Assembly (NCBI GenBank): GCA_002269645.1
Contig: NIVC01000384.1
Location: forward strand, 62,001 to 126,000
Source of the DNA: Macrostomum lignano
Lineage: Eukaryota
Direction of reading: 5' to 3'
Length of the DNA: 64,000 nucleotides
Shown here: in pieces, positions 9,992-23,320 of the stretch
How the letters are laid out: the number at the start of each line of letters is the position of its first letter
How positions within the stretch are numbered: position 1 is the stretch's first letter
Made by a program: the position numbers and the translations under genes
The notes under the pieces: generated by a model
What the model was told of the DNA's origin: nothing
What the model saw: only the letters and a program-made list of their open reading frames with translations
Databases searched by the model: none

Positions 9992-12714
9992 ATGGCAAAG
10001 CACTTGGCAAGTTCAGTCGCTTTGATTTTGTCAGCTGCCATCTGCCTGTGGCAGCCGGCGAACTGCGTCAGCTTCTGGGACAGTCAGTACTCGACTAGTG
10101 AGTTCGCTCAGTTCCGCTACAAGAATCAGTTTACCGTGTCCATCTTCCAGCACCTTACCAAGAACAGGACATTCTATATCACGCCTCTGGTGCTGCTGGA
10201 TCACACATCCGGCTCGCTGACTTACAATGACTTCACAGAGTTCTGGGAACTCCGCTTCGACGTCATCATGTGGGATAGCGAGATGCAGAGTAAGAAAAAT
10301 GCTTTCCATAATATAAAATAAGACCCTTTTAAATATTTTAAAGATTTAAAGGGATTTTTGGACACGTTTGCAGCAAAATAGTACACGTATGTGAATTCGC
10401 GGCCTTGTGAATTCAGTGGTGTATAAGTAGCTGTGTGATTGAGTCTGCCGGGATCCTGAAAACTACACTGACTGAGGGCTTAAAAAACCAAGAACTAACC
10501 TCATCGAACATCCTGTACCAATTGCCACCCCTCGCGAACATTGCAGCCAGCGTCGTCGACTTTCTAACCCGGGTGAAAAAGGTCGCCAGACCGGATGTGC
10601 GGCTGCTGCCTCTGGAGAAGGTCCGCTTCCAATGGCAATCTCGCAACCGACCCTTGAAGAAGAACATCATCTTGGAGAACGAGTTCTTGGCCACCAATCA
10701 CCTATGGGATCCGTTGAAACTAATTTTTGCTTGCAAAAACGAGACTTACTGCGCCAGACTGCTGACGAAAGTCAGAAACAACCCGAGGTCTCTCGACAGC
10801 CTCGTTCTGGACTGCTTCTTGACCGCACAGAAATCTGTTAGCAAAACTGTGACAGTCACTACTGACAATCTCATGGAGACAACTGCCTTTTCGAAGCTGA
10901 TGGTGCTGCCTCCTGATGGAAATTACAGGTTATTATGTCACGTGTAGTCATATTGTATGTAATTAAAGATGCCAGGTCCTGAATTAACAATGACTGTTAT
11001 TTCTCATTGATCAAACAGTGGCACTCAAAACCGGAGTTGTGTAGGCCTCTATTGATTAGTAGAACTAAATGTATCAACGCCATCGAAGCTAATTGAGTAC
11101 AAAACTTCCTAACGCAGGTATATGCGAGCCGACGACTTCAACAACCTGGTGCAAGAGACCTACTCGTCGGTTCGGGCCACCACAATCCGGTCGACTGAAT
11201 ACGTTGAAAAGAAAGACGAATTCGACATCATGCGTCTCATCGAGGGCGCTTTGAAGCAAGACGAAATCTACGCCAACAGACTAAGCGAGACCAAGTGGCG
11301 CAGCGTCTTCTGGGACCCGGTGTACGCACGTCCGGATCGCGTTGTGCACGAAGCCTCAAGAACCTTTAAAAAGGACGAGTCCACGGGTTTAATGAAGGTC
11401 GACAGGGATTACCTGAGAAGCAGCGACGAGGCTAAGAAACTATTCGGTAGCACTTCGAGCACCAGCTGGTCAGCTGGCGGTTCCGCTTTCCTTTTTTCTG
11501 CCAAAGTTGGCTCGCGCAGGACAGTGACTGACAGGGGCTCGGAGAGTTCCAGACGGTCTTATCAGCGAGACTCTTTCACAAGCGAGGAGCTCAACAATAA
11601 GCTATCCGAACGCAACCTGAATGTCCAGTGGAATGGCGAGCGATTCGAAGTGCGCCCACTGCGGCTGGTTCGAATCAACGAGCAGTCGTTCCGCTCCCGG
11701 CGAGAGCTGGTCAGCAACAACATGCAGCTTACAATCTACCAGCAGACTACCACGTTCAAAGTGATCACTGTACCGGAGCGAAACAGCAGCTTGTTGCTTA
11801 GGGATCTCGCCAGCGCTGGTAAGCAATTAGTACTCCCCGATTGCTACACGTCAGTATTTTATTTAGTTGAACTAAAACACGATGGAAATAATTGATTTAC
11901 ATTCGATGATTTTTCTCAAGGTTTACCTGGTTTACCATATGAAAGCATGCACTTATAACAAATTATTTCTAGTCAAGCAGCAGCATCACGAGACATGGCA
12001 TCGGAGGACTTAAATCCCATTTAGCCTTAGTACAGCTCAGTACTCCCATTGAGACATAGCACTCAGTAAATGTAATTACGCTTTTTAAAGTTATAAATGT
12101 CAACGAGCCTTTAGTAGTCAGAATCCATCTCAGCTAGCAAACGCAGCCCACTACAACAGCTCCAAGGTTTTAAATGTCATGGGAAAAGGAAAACAAAGAA
12201 CTAAAACGATAAAGTTAGCTTTCAGCCCCAAAAGTGCTTCGATTAGGTTCCCTGATCGTAACCAAATACTATTGAAGACGAATCCCAATTGATTGTTAAT
12301 CTATAGCTGCCCCCGAAGTAAGTTCTTCCAGGCGGTCCTTGAACGCAAAATTGTAAGATGGAATGTATGCAGGTACTAAATTCTATCTCAAGCCATTCCT
12401 TTCATAAAACTATTCTATCTGAATCTGCGAAATAAATACAACAATGTATGTATGCATACGCTCCAGGAGAATTCCCCAGCAAGTACAGCTACTGCCTGCT
12501 GTCGAACGGCGGCAGCTGTCCTCCAGGATTCACCCGCAGCTCCGGCTTCATGAAGTCCATCAGGCTGGACACCAGCAGCAGCGGCATGATCAGCAAGGCC
12601 AAGCTGGGCGACTCGGCCATCAAGTGCCATAGTCCCGGAGACTCGGACGACTGCTCGTTCAGAGGCTGGGAGCCGTTCAAGGGCGAGCTGCATCTGCACG
12701 TTTGCTGCCGTTGA
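9992..12714 (+). CDS. Secreted protein B (about 542 aa), tandem paralogue of protein A
   Basis: Exons 9992-10289, 10547-10928, 11118-11818 and 12467-12714, with GT-AG introns at the same positions and phases as gene A (1629 nt open). Signal peptide MAKHLASSVALILSAAICLWQPANC. Confidence 0.85.
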
Positions 12715-13619
12715 ATGTCGAGGAAGCCATCGCTAACCATACGACCTTACGACTCTCTCCATTACAAGCGCATATTTCAAAAACTGCTAGCGGAAAACTC
12801 TGCTTCCAACACTTTCCGAGTTAATTTTCGTATCTCTACTGATTCAAAGAGGTAAAACGCTTTATAACTAACTAATCAAGGACTTTATTTTCGACATTTT
12901 ACGAGCGTATATTTATATGATTAATAATTTTCAATAATGCATGCAATTTCTATCCAACTCTAAATTATGACTCCTCCTTGGTGGAATGTGATTCAAAATA
13001 CAAATTCGTAAAATTTTATTCGAGTTTCGATCAGACTTGTTCAAGGCACCAGTTATTAATAGCAAATGCTAGGCTGCGTGCCATCAAAAGGTTGCGCTAT
13101 GAACTCATATCTGAGATGCTATACAGGATACGGAAGAACTGATACTGATGAATAGATAAATGTATCTGTAGCTCCTAATGATATTAACTTCTTAACTTCA
13201 TTCAGAATTGGAGTAGAATAATTCGATCGAAACTTGAATGACTTGCTCAGTGGAGCGAGTTCATGTCAATTCTGCAGCCGAAGCTGAAATCTAATTGACA
13301 TTCGATTTCAGCTGAGATTCCAATCGAATTCAACCCATTGAATTCACGCATGTCAATTCTCGGTTTGTTCTTCTTGCTAAATTGCTAAATCGCAAAGTCA
13401 TTGAACTCAAAGAGAGTTTTGTTAGCTATAGCTTCCAAGTAGGCATTCACAGGGACTTGCTGCACTTACACTTTGCTGCACCCTGCGATGCTGCATAGAG
13501 CCTTCATCGGAGCTTTGGGTTGGTTAGTTAGCGTGCGCGGCTGGGCTTAGGGTTCTGCTGCAAGTCAAAGCAACGGTCCACCTGCAGAGAGCGACTCTCC
13601 GAGACGTCCCACGAGGGCC

Positions 13620-13715
13620 AACCCTAAAGGCACAGAAAGTGTACATTCCTGACGATCAGAAAATCAGGGCCGCTGTATGTCATACACCCTGTTGTGAGCG
13701 TGTGTACATGTATGA
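13620..13715 (+). mobile_element. Degenerate fragment of the SINE body seen at 48011-48366
   Basis: CCCTAAAGGCACAGAAAGTGTACATTCCTGACGAT...AGGGCCGCTGTA aligns by eye with CCCCAAGGCGCAGTGAAGTGTACATGCCTAACGAT...AGGGCCGCTGTA at about 48155-48210. Confidence 0.55.
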
Positions 13716-14472
13716 TGTGATCAGGAGTCGGAGGTCTGGGCAGAATTGCAGTCCAATCAGCTGGTTGCGGGACGATGTCGACAGCTGCGTTGCATCTTCC
13801 AGGCCGATGAGCTGCTCTGTTGCCGAGCTTGGGTTGGTACTCAGTGCCAATTGCCCCGGCTCCAAATGATTGCGCCGTTTTTATCAAACATGTTTATACG
13901 AGTGCAAACTATAGGAAGTCTTCCTAGACTAAACTAACAGCAGCGAAAATAATCCTTGATTAACACACTTGATTAACACCCAACCTCTGGATGCCGAGAT
14001 TCCCTTGATTGATGAGAGATTGGAGGCAGGTGTTAATCAAGGCTTACTGTCGTTGCTTACCCTTTTCAATTTAAAGGGTACAAGAGGGTACAAAGATAAA
14101 TTAAGGGATTTCTTTGTTTGATAAACGTGACATTGTCATTTTACAGGCAAAAAAACTGCGCGAAAAATCTTAAGCTTGTACCTCGTTGGTGCATTTTGCA
14201 GGTAAAAGCGGCCTTTTATTAAAATTTCTATTAAAATAAAGACTCTACGTCTCGTTTAAAGAAACATCTTCGAGCGCTTCTTAATTGAATTTGCTCGCCT
14301 ATTCAAGCTAGCTACTTACTAGAACAGTAGCTTGAATGCGTATCATTTCTAACGTCTTTCGTAACATTCTCAATTTATTGTAGCGATTTTGACAGTTTCC
14401 AATTCAAAAGCCACCACCAGAGCTGTAAATTTTTAATATTCGACTGTGTTTTTACTCGTAACAACGATTTCT

Positions 14473-15315
<843 letters not shown>

Positions 15316-15554
15316 GCTGATGGAAATTTGTCTTGCTCAACGAATACTTTTTTGTTTTTAAGGTTCGAAGGCTGGATGCAAAATTCTCTTGCATGTCTGC
15401 CGCCATTCTGGGGTAAAAGTATCTCAGTTGAGGTTTCCTCCTTCGGTTCTTATTGGATGCTGCTTGAAGAGGGATATTTCTTTTTTGTGTACCAGCCAAT
15501 GCCATGAGGGAAGTGGAATTGCAACCCCTGAATCGTCAATGAGGGCTGATGTTC

Positions 15555-15966
15555 TTCCTGAACCTTCAGTGAGAGTTGCCACTCCCTTTCCTGAACCTTC
15601 AGTAAGAGTTGCTACTCCCTTTCTTGAACCTTCAGTGACAGTTGCTACTCCCTTTCCTGAACCTTCAGTGACAGTTGCTACTTCCTTTCCTGAACCTTCA
15701 GTGACAGTTGCTACTCCCTTTCCTGAACCTTCAGTGACACTTGCTACTCCCTTTCCTGAACCTTCAGTGAGAGTTGCTACTCCCTTTCCTGAATCTTCAG
15801 TGAGAGTTGCTACTCCCTTTCCTGAACCTTCAGTGAGAGTTGCTACTCCCTTTCCTGAACCTTCAGTGAGAGTTGCTACTCCCTTTCCTGAACCTTCAGT
15901 GAGAGTTGCTACTCCCTTTCCTGAACCTTCAGTGAGAGTTGCTACTCCCTTTCCTGAACCTTCAGT
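15555..15966. repeat. 33-bp minisatellite (CCTGAACCTTCAGTGAGAGTTGCTACTCCCTTT)n
   Basis: About 12 tandem units. Confidence 0.95.
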
Positions 15967-16493
15967 GGGGGCTCAGTGGGGGCAGCTACCCTCCGAAACT
16001 TGCAGTTGGTGGTTATGCCGATTAATTATTGAAAAAAATTTCCTTCATCAAAACTAGCCCAGTTTCACAGGAAGATCCTTTCTATATTCGAAAACCGACA
16101 GAAAAGTGCAAAAACAGAGAAGCTTTGGGCCATTTGTTTTTCCGCTATAATTAAAATATTTATGACAGAATTTTAGTTAATTGAATTGCTTAAAAGCGCT
16201 ACCAGCTTTCGAGGATTTTTCGTCTATTTTTTTAGACTCAGATGCCCCTTCAAAGAGCTGCTTCGCGGTGCTATTCATAATTCATCATTTTTCTCCGTTT
16301 CCAACCATCATGGAAGACTCTCGAAGCAGGGCCCGAGAGAAGTTCGGGTTGGGAAAAAAGACTGCCTCTTTGAAAAACGTGACGTCACAACTGGATAAAT
16401 ATGGCTTAGAATGATGACGTCACAGCACTGCCTTCCGATGTGGTAGCACCTTTGAAGTATTTGCAATGAAAGGCACCACATCTTCCTGACTCC

Positions 16494-17184
<691 letters not shown>

Positions 17185-17595
17185 TAATTGAATTTGAAGC
17201 TTTGATTTATGGAAAGTAAGACGCAAGAATTAGGTCGCATGTGACAGTAAGAATTTTTGAGGAGCTAGAGCTTGTGAAAGCGACTCTCCTGAGAAGAATC
17301 GTAATGGGATGGAAAAAAAAGAGAACCATGGACGACTGAAGTGGAAGGACGCTATGCATTCGATTTTCTTATAAATGAGCTGGAGGCCGCGTTAAGGAAC
17401 GCATATTAAAATTGTCACAACGCTAGTGCATTTAGTGTGCTGTAGAGAATGTACAGCGCTGCAGAATTGGGCTTAGCCATAGACAAATTCGAGTCGAGAA
17501 AATTCAGCGCTAAAGAATCCTATTCTTTAATGTTTGTCTGAAAGTTTCTTAATTCGATCATGGCTGTTTATGCCATGGATGAATAATATAACTGG

Positions 17596-18293
17596 CAAGG
17601 ACGACTTAAGTAGAAGGACGGGAAACCTCGTTTCTTAGAAAATTTTTGAAGGCACTTTTTCCCGAAAAAATACACTGCGGAGATAGGAAATTTTCATTTT
17701 TTCAGCACAAAAATTGCTATAACTTTTGATAGGAGGCAGATCCAGTGTTCATCTTTTGATATGTTGTGCCTTTTTTATTGCTCTATCGATATTTATAAAG
17801 CTTTTCGTTCAGAAAATTAGGATTCTATGTTAATTTTTTATTCTACGTATATTTTCATGTGTCTTGTGCTTGAAATACATTAGAATGCCACGGCTTGGCT
17901 CTTTGATTTTATGAGTCTATTTTATCCTTCTTACCTGACTGTATAGCAAATAGTCGTAACATAGATGATAAAATAGATTCATAAAACCAAATATTAGAGC
18001 TGTGTCATGCATTTTTGTGATTTTTAGATACAGGAAATATACGTAAAATAAAAAATTAACATAGAATCCTAATTTTCTGAACGAAAAGCTTTATAAATAT
18101 CGATAGAGCAATAAAAAAGGCACAACATATCAAAAGATGAACACTGGATCTGCCTCCTATCAAAAGTTATAGCAATTTTTGTGCTGAAAAAATGAAAATT
18201 TCCTATCTCCGCAGTGTATTTTTTCGGGAAAAAGTGCCTTCAAAACTTTTCTAAGAAACGAGGTTTCCCGTCCTTCTACTTAAGTCGTCCTTG
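17596..18293. mobile_element. Foldback MITE with about 260-bp TIRs and 8-bp TSD (P/hAT-type)
   Basis: The TIRs at 17596-about 17855 and about 18034-18293 are near-perfect reverse complements starting CAAGGACGACTTAAG. The TSD ATAACTGG is present on both sides (17588-17595 and 18294-18301). Confidence 0.92.
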
Positions 18294-18363
18294 ATAACTG
18301 GATCGCCAAAAGCTCGATTATTTTTGGTCCTAGCCATAGACAAGCACCAGCATCACAAGAAGC

Positions 18364-18579
18364 TCAGAATGCCGTACTTTCATGTACGGATACGTGTAAC
18401 GTACGCGTCACGTGCGAGTTGTGATCCCATTTTTGATCCCATTGTGATCCCACATTTGCTTTGTTGCCAGAGGTCGGCAAACCAAGCTCCTTTAGTTTCC
18501 CTCGCAGACGTAGTGTCGCAGTGCTTGCTGGCACAGTTGTAGGGACGGAATCGGCTGACTGGCTACGGGTGCGGTTCAT
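18364..18579 (-). pseudogene. SAP-domain-like fragment, possibly the 5' end of a retrotransposon gag
   Basis: LRGKLKELGLPTSGNKA matches the SAP motif. The ORF then runs into non-coding sequence. Confidence 0.4.
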
Positions 18580-19054
18580 GACTCAGCAAAATTTTTATTC
18601 CAAGTCAAAGAAATTTCACTGCGAGAAGGCAAAGTGAGCCGCCAGTAGAGCGCGACGGGGGTTTAAAACACCCCCTGCCACCCAAGGGGGGGGGGGTTGG
18701 CGGCGATGTACAAATCAACGCGCTGGGCACTAACGTGCGGTTTATACTTAATTTAACTAAGTATAGTGTACAACGACTCTTATACTTCTCAAGCTCTAGC
18801 TGTCACGCGTTTTAAATCAAAAGTTGCGTGTCTTTTTCTTAGCACGTTCTCTTACTTAATCTTTAATGTTCGAGTCGCACGCTGTTTAGTTAGTCAGCCT
18901 AACCCGGGCCCCTGGAGAATGCAATTGGCAAATTCTATATAGCCATCTCCAAAAACCTATAAGACCCACCCAGTTGAAAACAACTGCCAATAAGTTGAAC
19001 TCAACTATTTGGACTATCTCTAATTAATATAATAAATCTAATACCTGCATAAGC

Positions 19055-20554
19055 ATGAACGAATTCCTGCAAAATCAGCTCACATCGCGCAATGCTTTGA
19101 TTGGAGCGGGTGCTCTGGCTGCGGCCTACACATTGCGGTCTCTGTACCGCTCCTCGCAGCTGCCGCCCGGGCCGCTGGGCCTTCCGCTCCTCGGCCGACT
19201 GCCCTGGCTGGACACAGACCACTTCAACGAGAGCGAGGAGGCAATGCGCCAGAAGTATGGACCGATTTACTCGTTCCGGGCCGGACAGAGGCTGATGATT
19301 GTGGTGTCCTCCTACGAGATGCTGAAGGAGATGCTGAAGAACGACATGTTCTCGGGTAGGTTGTGGCCGCCACAAGCCGCCGAGCTGTCAGATGGTTGCG
19401 GCATCATCTTTAGCGAAGGTAAAACCTGGAGCGAGCAGCGTCGAGTTGGACTGCGCATGCTGCGCGAGTTTGGTTTCGGTAAGAATGAGTCGCTTGCGTT
19501 GATTAACGAGGAGGTCGCAGCCATCCTGGCTTCCATTGAGAGCTGCAACAGCGAGGTGGATTCATCCCGCCTGTTTAGCGATCTGGCTAATGGCGTGATT
19601 GCTATGCTGGTGTTCGGTAAGCGCTATGCGAACGAAAACCCCAATTATGAGAGCTTCCTGATCAATGCTAAAAAATTGCTGAACGACAGTCTGGCGAGCA
19701 GTCTTACTCTGCTATTTCCGACCTTTGCTCCGCTGCTAAAGAGGCTGTCCATCACACAGCAGGCTTCAACAGCTACGCTGGCAATGCATCAATTCTTCGA
19801 GGAAGAGATCAAGAAAAAGGAGGCCGAGCTTACTGACCCGAACGCTGAGCCACTCTGCATATGTGACGCCTACATTCACGAAAGACGTCGGTATGAAGCC
19901 AAAGGAGACTTCTACACCCACAGGCCGTTCCATCTGGTGCGCATCTGCATGGAGATGTTCATCGCCGGCACCGACACCACCTCGAAGTCGATGGAGTGGC
20001 TGTTGGCTCACATGTGCCTGTACCCGCAAGTGCAGGCGAAGGTGCAGCAGGAGTTGGACGAAGTCGTGGGACGCGAGCGTCGACCTCAGATCAACGACAG
20101 GCCACAGCTGCACTACATGCAGGCAGTTATTGATGAGAGCTTGAGATCCGCCTCGCTTGCATTCAATAGTCTGACGCATCGAGCAATGAAAGATACAACG
20201 TTCCGCGGCTACAGAATACCTGCGGATGCTATAATAGTTCCATTTGTATACGGCGCTCATCGCGACGCCTCAATCTGGGAGAAACCGGATCAGTTTTATC
20301 CTGAGCATTTCCTTGACTGCGAAGGCAAGTACTCGCCATCAAAATACTTGATCCCATTTTCGATCGGCCGAAGGATTTGTCCAGGTGAATCTTTGGCTAG
20401 ACTGGAGATCTACATGGCATTCGCAGCCATCATGCAGAAGTACAGTGTGACACTTGCAGCCTCTTGCAAAGATAAAGCTGCTGACGTTGAGCGCGGATTG
20501 ACTACGACACCAAGGCAACCAGGCTGGCACAAGCTGCACTTTGTACAGCGATGA
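19055..20554 (+). CDS. Cytochrome P450, clan 2 (CYP2-like), 499 aa, intronless
   Basis: N-terminal anchor, PPGPLGLPLLG, WSEQRR, I-helix AGTDTT, ESLR (ExxR), PEHF and heme motif PFSIGRRICPG. Confidence 0.96.
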   Translation: MNEFLQNQLTSRNALIGAGALAAAYTLRSLYRSSQLPPGPLGLPLLGRLPWLDTDHFNESEEAMRQKYGPIYSFRAGQRLMIVVSSYEMLKEMLKNDMFSGRLWPPQAAELSDGCGIIFSEGKTWSEQRRVGLRMLREFGFGKNESLALINEEVAAILASIESCNSEVDSSRLFSDLANGVIAMLVFGKRYANENPNYESFLINAKKLLNDSLASSLTLLFPTFAPLLKRLSITQQASTATLAMHQFFEEEIKKKEAELTDPNAEPLCICDAYIHERRRYEAKGDFYTHRPFHLVRICMEMFIAGTDTTSKSMEWLLAHMCLYPQVQAKVQQELDEVVGRERRPQINDRPQLHYMQAVIDESLRSASLAFNSLTHRAMKDTTFRGYRIPADAIIVPFVYGAHRDASIWEKPDQFYPEHFLDCEGKYSPSKYLIPFSIGRRICPGESLARLEIYMAFAAIMQKYSVTLAASCKDKAADVERGLTTTPRQPGWHKLHFVQR

Positions 20555-21671
20555 AGTCTTTCCGTACTGACTGCGCGGTTTTTATATTAATACAGATTTA
20601 TTTCTTATTAAGACATTAAAACAAATTATCAATTTTTTACTACATGTACGTTTGATTTATCCTTTTCGTAGTGAACTTTCATGTCCATGTGGTAGGCAAG
20701 GCCTCCCGCTGTTCCCACCGGACGAAAATTGCTTTTACAAGTTACACTATACCCGCATGACGTCATTTCCCTGCGTGGAAATCCCTATTTTACCCCTTAT
20801 ATTTCGGGTGCTCATCCGCTGTAATTTTCGTTTTACTGTTGATTTGACTGGGGTTACACCCCAGTGTTTAGTCGTTACCACCCGGTGTAGCCAGTGTTTC
20901 CATTACGTGAAACTCTCTTTCCACCCGGTGGGGTAACCCTTTTCCTCGCGGTAGCTCATGAGAGCTCTATAAAAGTCTGCTGAGCACCCCTTTTTCCGCG
21001 GCCAGACTCGAATTAAAATATACCAACCGTCCGTGTCTCGAATTGGAATATACCCCGTCAGTGACTCGGGAGGAATAATAATGACTCGCCAGTAACTCCC
21101 GAATTCCAATATTCGAGGACCCTAAGTGTAAGCCCAGTTATCCCTGACCCAACCAGCTCATCATTCTAATAATTTAGCTGTTTAATTTTGCATTAATTCT
21201 AGTGTGCTTAAAAAAGACCGATTTAGAATTTTCGGACGCGCATTTCTATTAAGCGCGGTACATTATTTTAATCCGTAATTGAGACTTCGAGACCTTTGAA
21301 AGCATTAATAGATCTAATCAACAAGAGGAGTTCTTAGGCTAATTCAAGCAAATTAAGTCTTAAAGCTTTTCTCCGCGAATTACCGCGGTGGTGGCAGCAA
21401 ACTACTAGTTTTAGTACGAGCTACTACGATACATCAAGAATTTAGTTATTTTATTAAGTTCTCCGTAGCGGCTAAATCTGCATTTGGCATTCTGAGTGAC
21501 GGCATCAACTGGCTAGACTGAACTAGCAGTGGCATCTTTTTCATATTGAATATGGCTATAGTAAGACTTTCTATTTTTATATATTGATTGAAAAAGTATT
21601 CAATTTTGAATCGCCGCAACAGAACAATTTGATTTAGGCCTACTGATAATATAATATGTTCATGTAAAATA

Positions 21672-23320
21672 TCAACAACAACAACAAGAAACTACAGCAA
21701 CCCTCTGGGCAAGGCAAGTTAGGTTGCTGTTAAAAGGCGCGCGCAAGCGTAGATTTGCACAGAACAGCGAGTCCGCGAGGGCCAGAGATTTCAGCGTCTC
21801 TTATAGAAGCAGGTCGACGAAACGCAGACTTCTCGCCTGACCAAGCCGCCGCGGTCCTTGAAGGGATAGCAGCGGCACGTCCTGAAGCGGCTCATTGCAG
21901 TACTGCTCTTGCCCGGATACGTGGCCAACCAGCTGTAGGCGCCGGATGCGCAGCAGCTGGCTGGGTCGGGAGAGCTGGGCCCGTCGGTATAACTCGTCAT
22001 CGCTGGTGTTGGTGGTGGCGGTCGGCGAGTAGTGGACACCAAAGGCGGCTCTCAGGAGTCCAGCGTGAGCGGCGTCGAGTTGCCGCTCCTGCGGGCCGGT
22101 CAGTGTTCACGTTTAAGCATAGTAAAGGAGGACGGTTTCTATGACGGCCTGGGACAGCCGCCCTCTCAGCCGATGCGGCAGCGCGGGCCTTTGCAGGACA
22201 GTCCGCTCGGTGCGGAATGCGCCCCCAGGCAAGCGCCCTGCGCCGTGCCATGTCCGTGATGCTTGGCACCAGACCGCCGAGGTAGACGAACTCTTTGCAG
22301 CGGGGCAGCAACGCCACCTGCCCGTTCGTGCAGCGGCAGTAGACCTCAGCTGGGAGGTCTGTCGGCACGGTAAGCACCATTGTCTTTTTGGTATTCACGG
22401 ACAGTAGTCCGATCGCAGCGGCCGCCGCCGTCAGCTGGTCTAGCAGGCGTTCAGCTCCTTCAGCGCTAGGTCGTCCGCGTAGGTTAGGACGGAGAGTCGC
22501 TTCTCGGGGTGTCGCCTGCTTGTTCTGCGGCAGAGCAAGAATCTTTGGAGTCGTCAGGGAGGCCAGTGCGCAGTACCCAGTCCAGGAACAGGACGAACAG
22601 AAAAGGAGCCAAGTTTTCCCCTTCGAGAACGCCGGAGGACTTGTCGAAAAAGTCGGAAAGGCCATCCGGTGTCACAACTGCCGCCCTAGTCTCCTGGTAC
22701 AGAGCTAACACAGCCGTCACCAGCTGCTCAGGTACATGATACGCGCGCAGGATGTTCGCGATGACCCGCCTCGACACCGAGTCAAAGACCCTTAATTAGG
22801 AAGTCTACGAAAATGCAGATGATGGTCGACTGGTGGATGCGGGCCTCTTCTAGAATTCGACGTAGATTGAGAATTTGAGTCACGGTGCCTCTGCCTGGCC
22901 GGAATCCATTTTGCTCGCGCCGGAGGAACGGGTCCAGCACTGGCTGCAGCCGCGACAGCAGAACTCTGTTAAACAGCTTAGCCGTGCAGGACATTAGTGA
23001 AATCCCGCGAAGTTTTTCGATCTTGACGGAACCTGGTTGGGATCCCGACGATATGCGCAGTCCGCCACTCAGCAGGGGCGGGGCCCCAGCTAGCACGCAG
23101 TCATCACTCGCCTGACTTCCAGCGCCACCTGCGGGAGGAGCAGCACCTCGACAGGCACGTCGTCGGGTCCAGTAGCCTTGTTGCCTGACGTCTTCTTTGC
23201 AAGTTGGAGCACCACGTCGATGGTGATGGGGCTGATGTTAAGGGAGCTCTCCTCTGGCAGCTCAACCTAAACAGAAGAAGGTCCGCAGCTCGTTTTGCCG
23301 AGGCGGCGGCGCCTGCAATA
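21672..23320 (-). mobile_element. Decayed, 5'-truncated non-LTR retrotransposon (RTE-like) RT region
   Basis: Frameshifted RT motifs: RGISLMSCTAKLFNRVLLSRLQPVLDPFLRREQNGFRPGRGT, SSGVLEGENLAPFLFVLFLDWVL, GLLSVNTKKT and EFVYLGG. A (TTG)n-like tail lies at about 21672-21690. Confidence 0.85.

Noticed and set aside
15389-16057. 222-aa ORF with PEPSVRVATPF repeats that resembles a mucin-like protein
   Set aside because: It is a 33-bp array whose non-repetitive flanks look non-coding, and it lies in the upstream region of the Cys-peptide gene. Not supported without transcripts.
20645-21155. Unique GC-balanced 500-bp segment with a TATA-like CTATAAAAG, considered as a solo LTR
   Set aside because: I could not find TG...CA ends with a matching 4-6-bp TSD.
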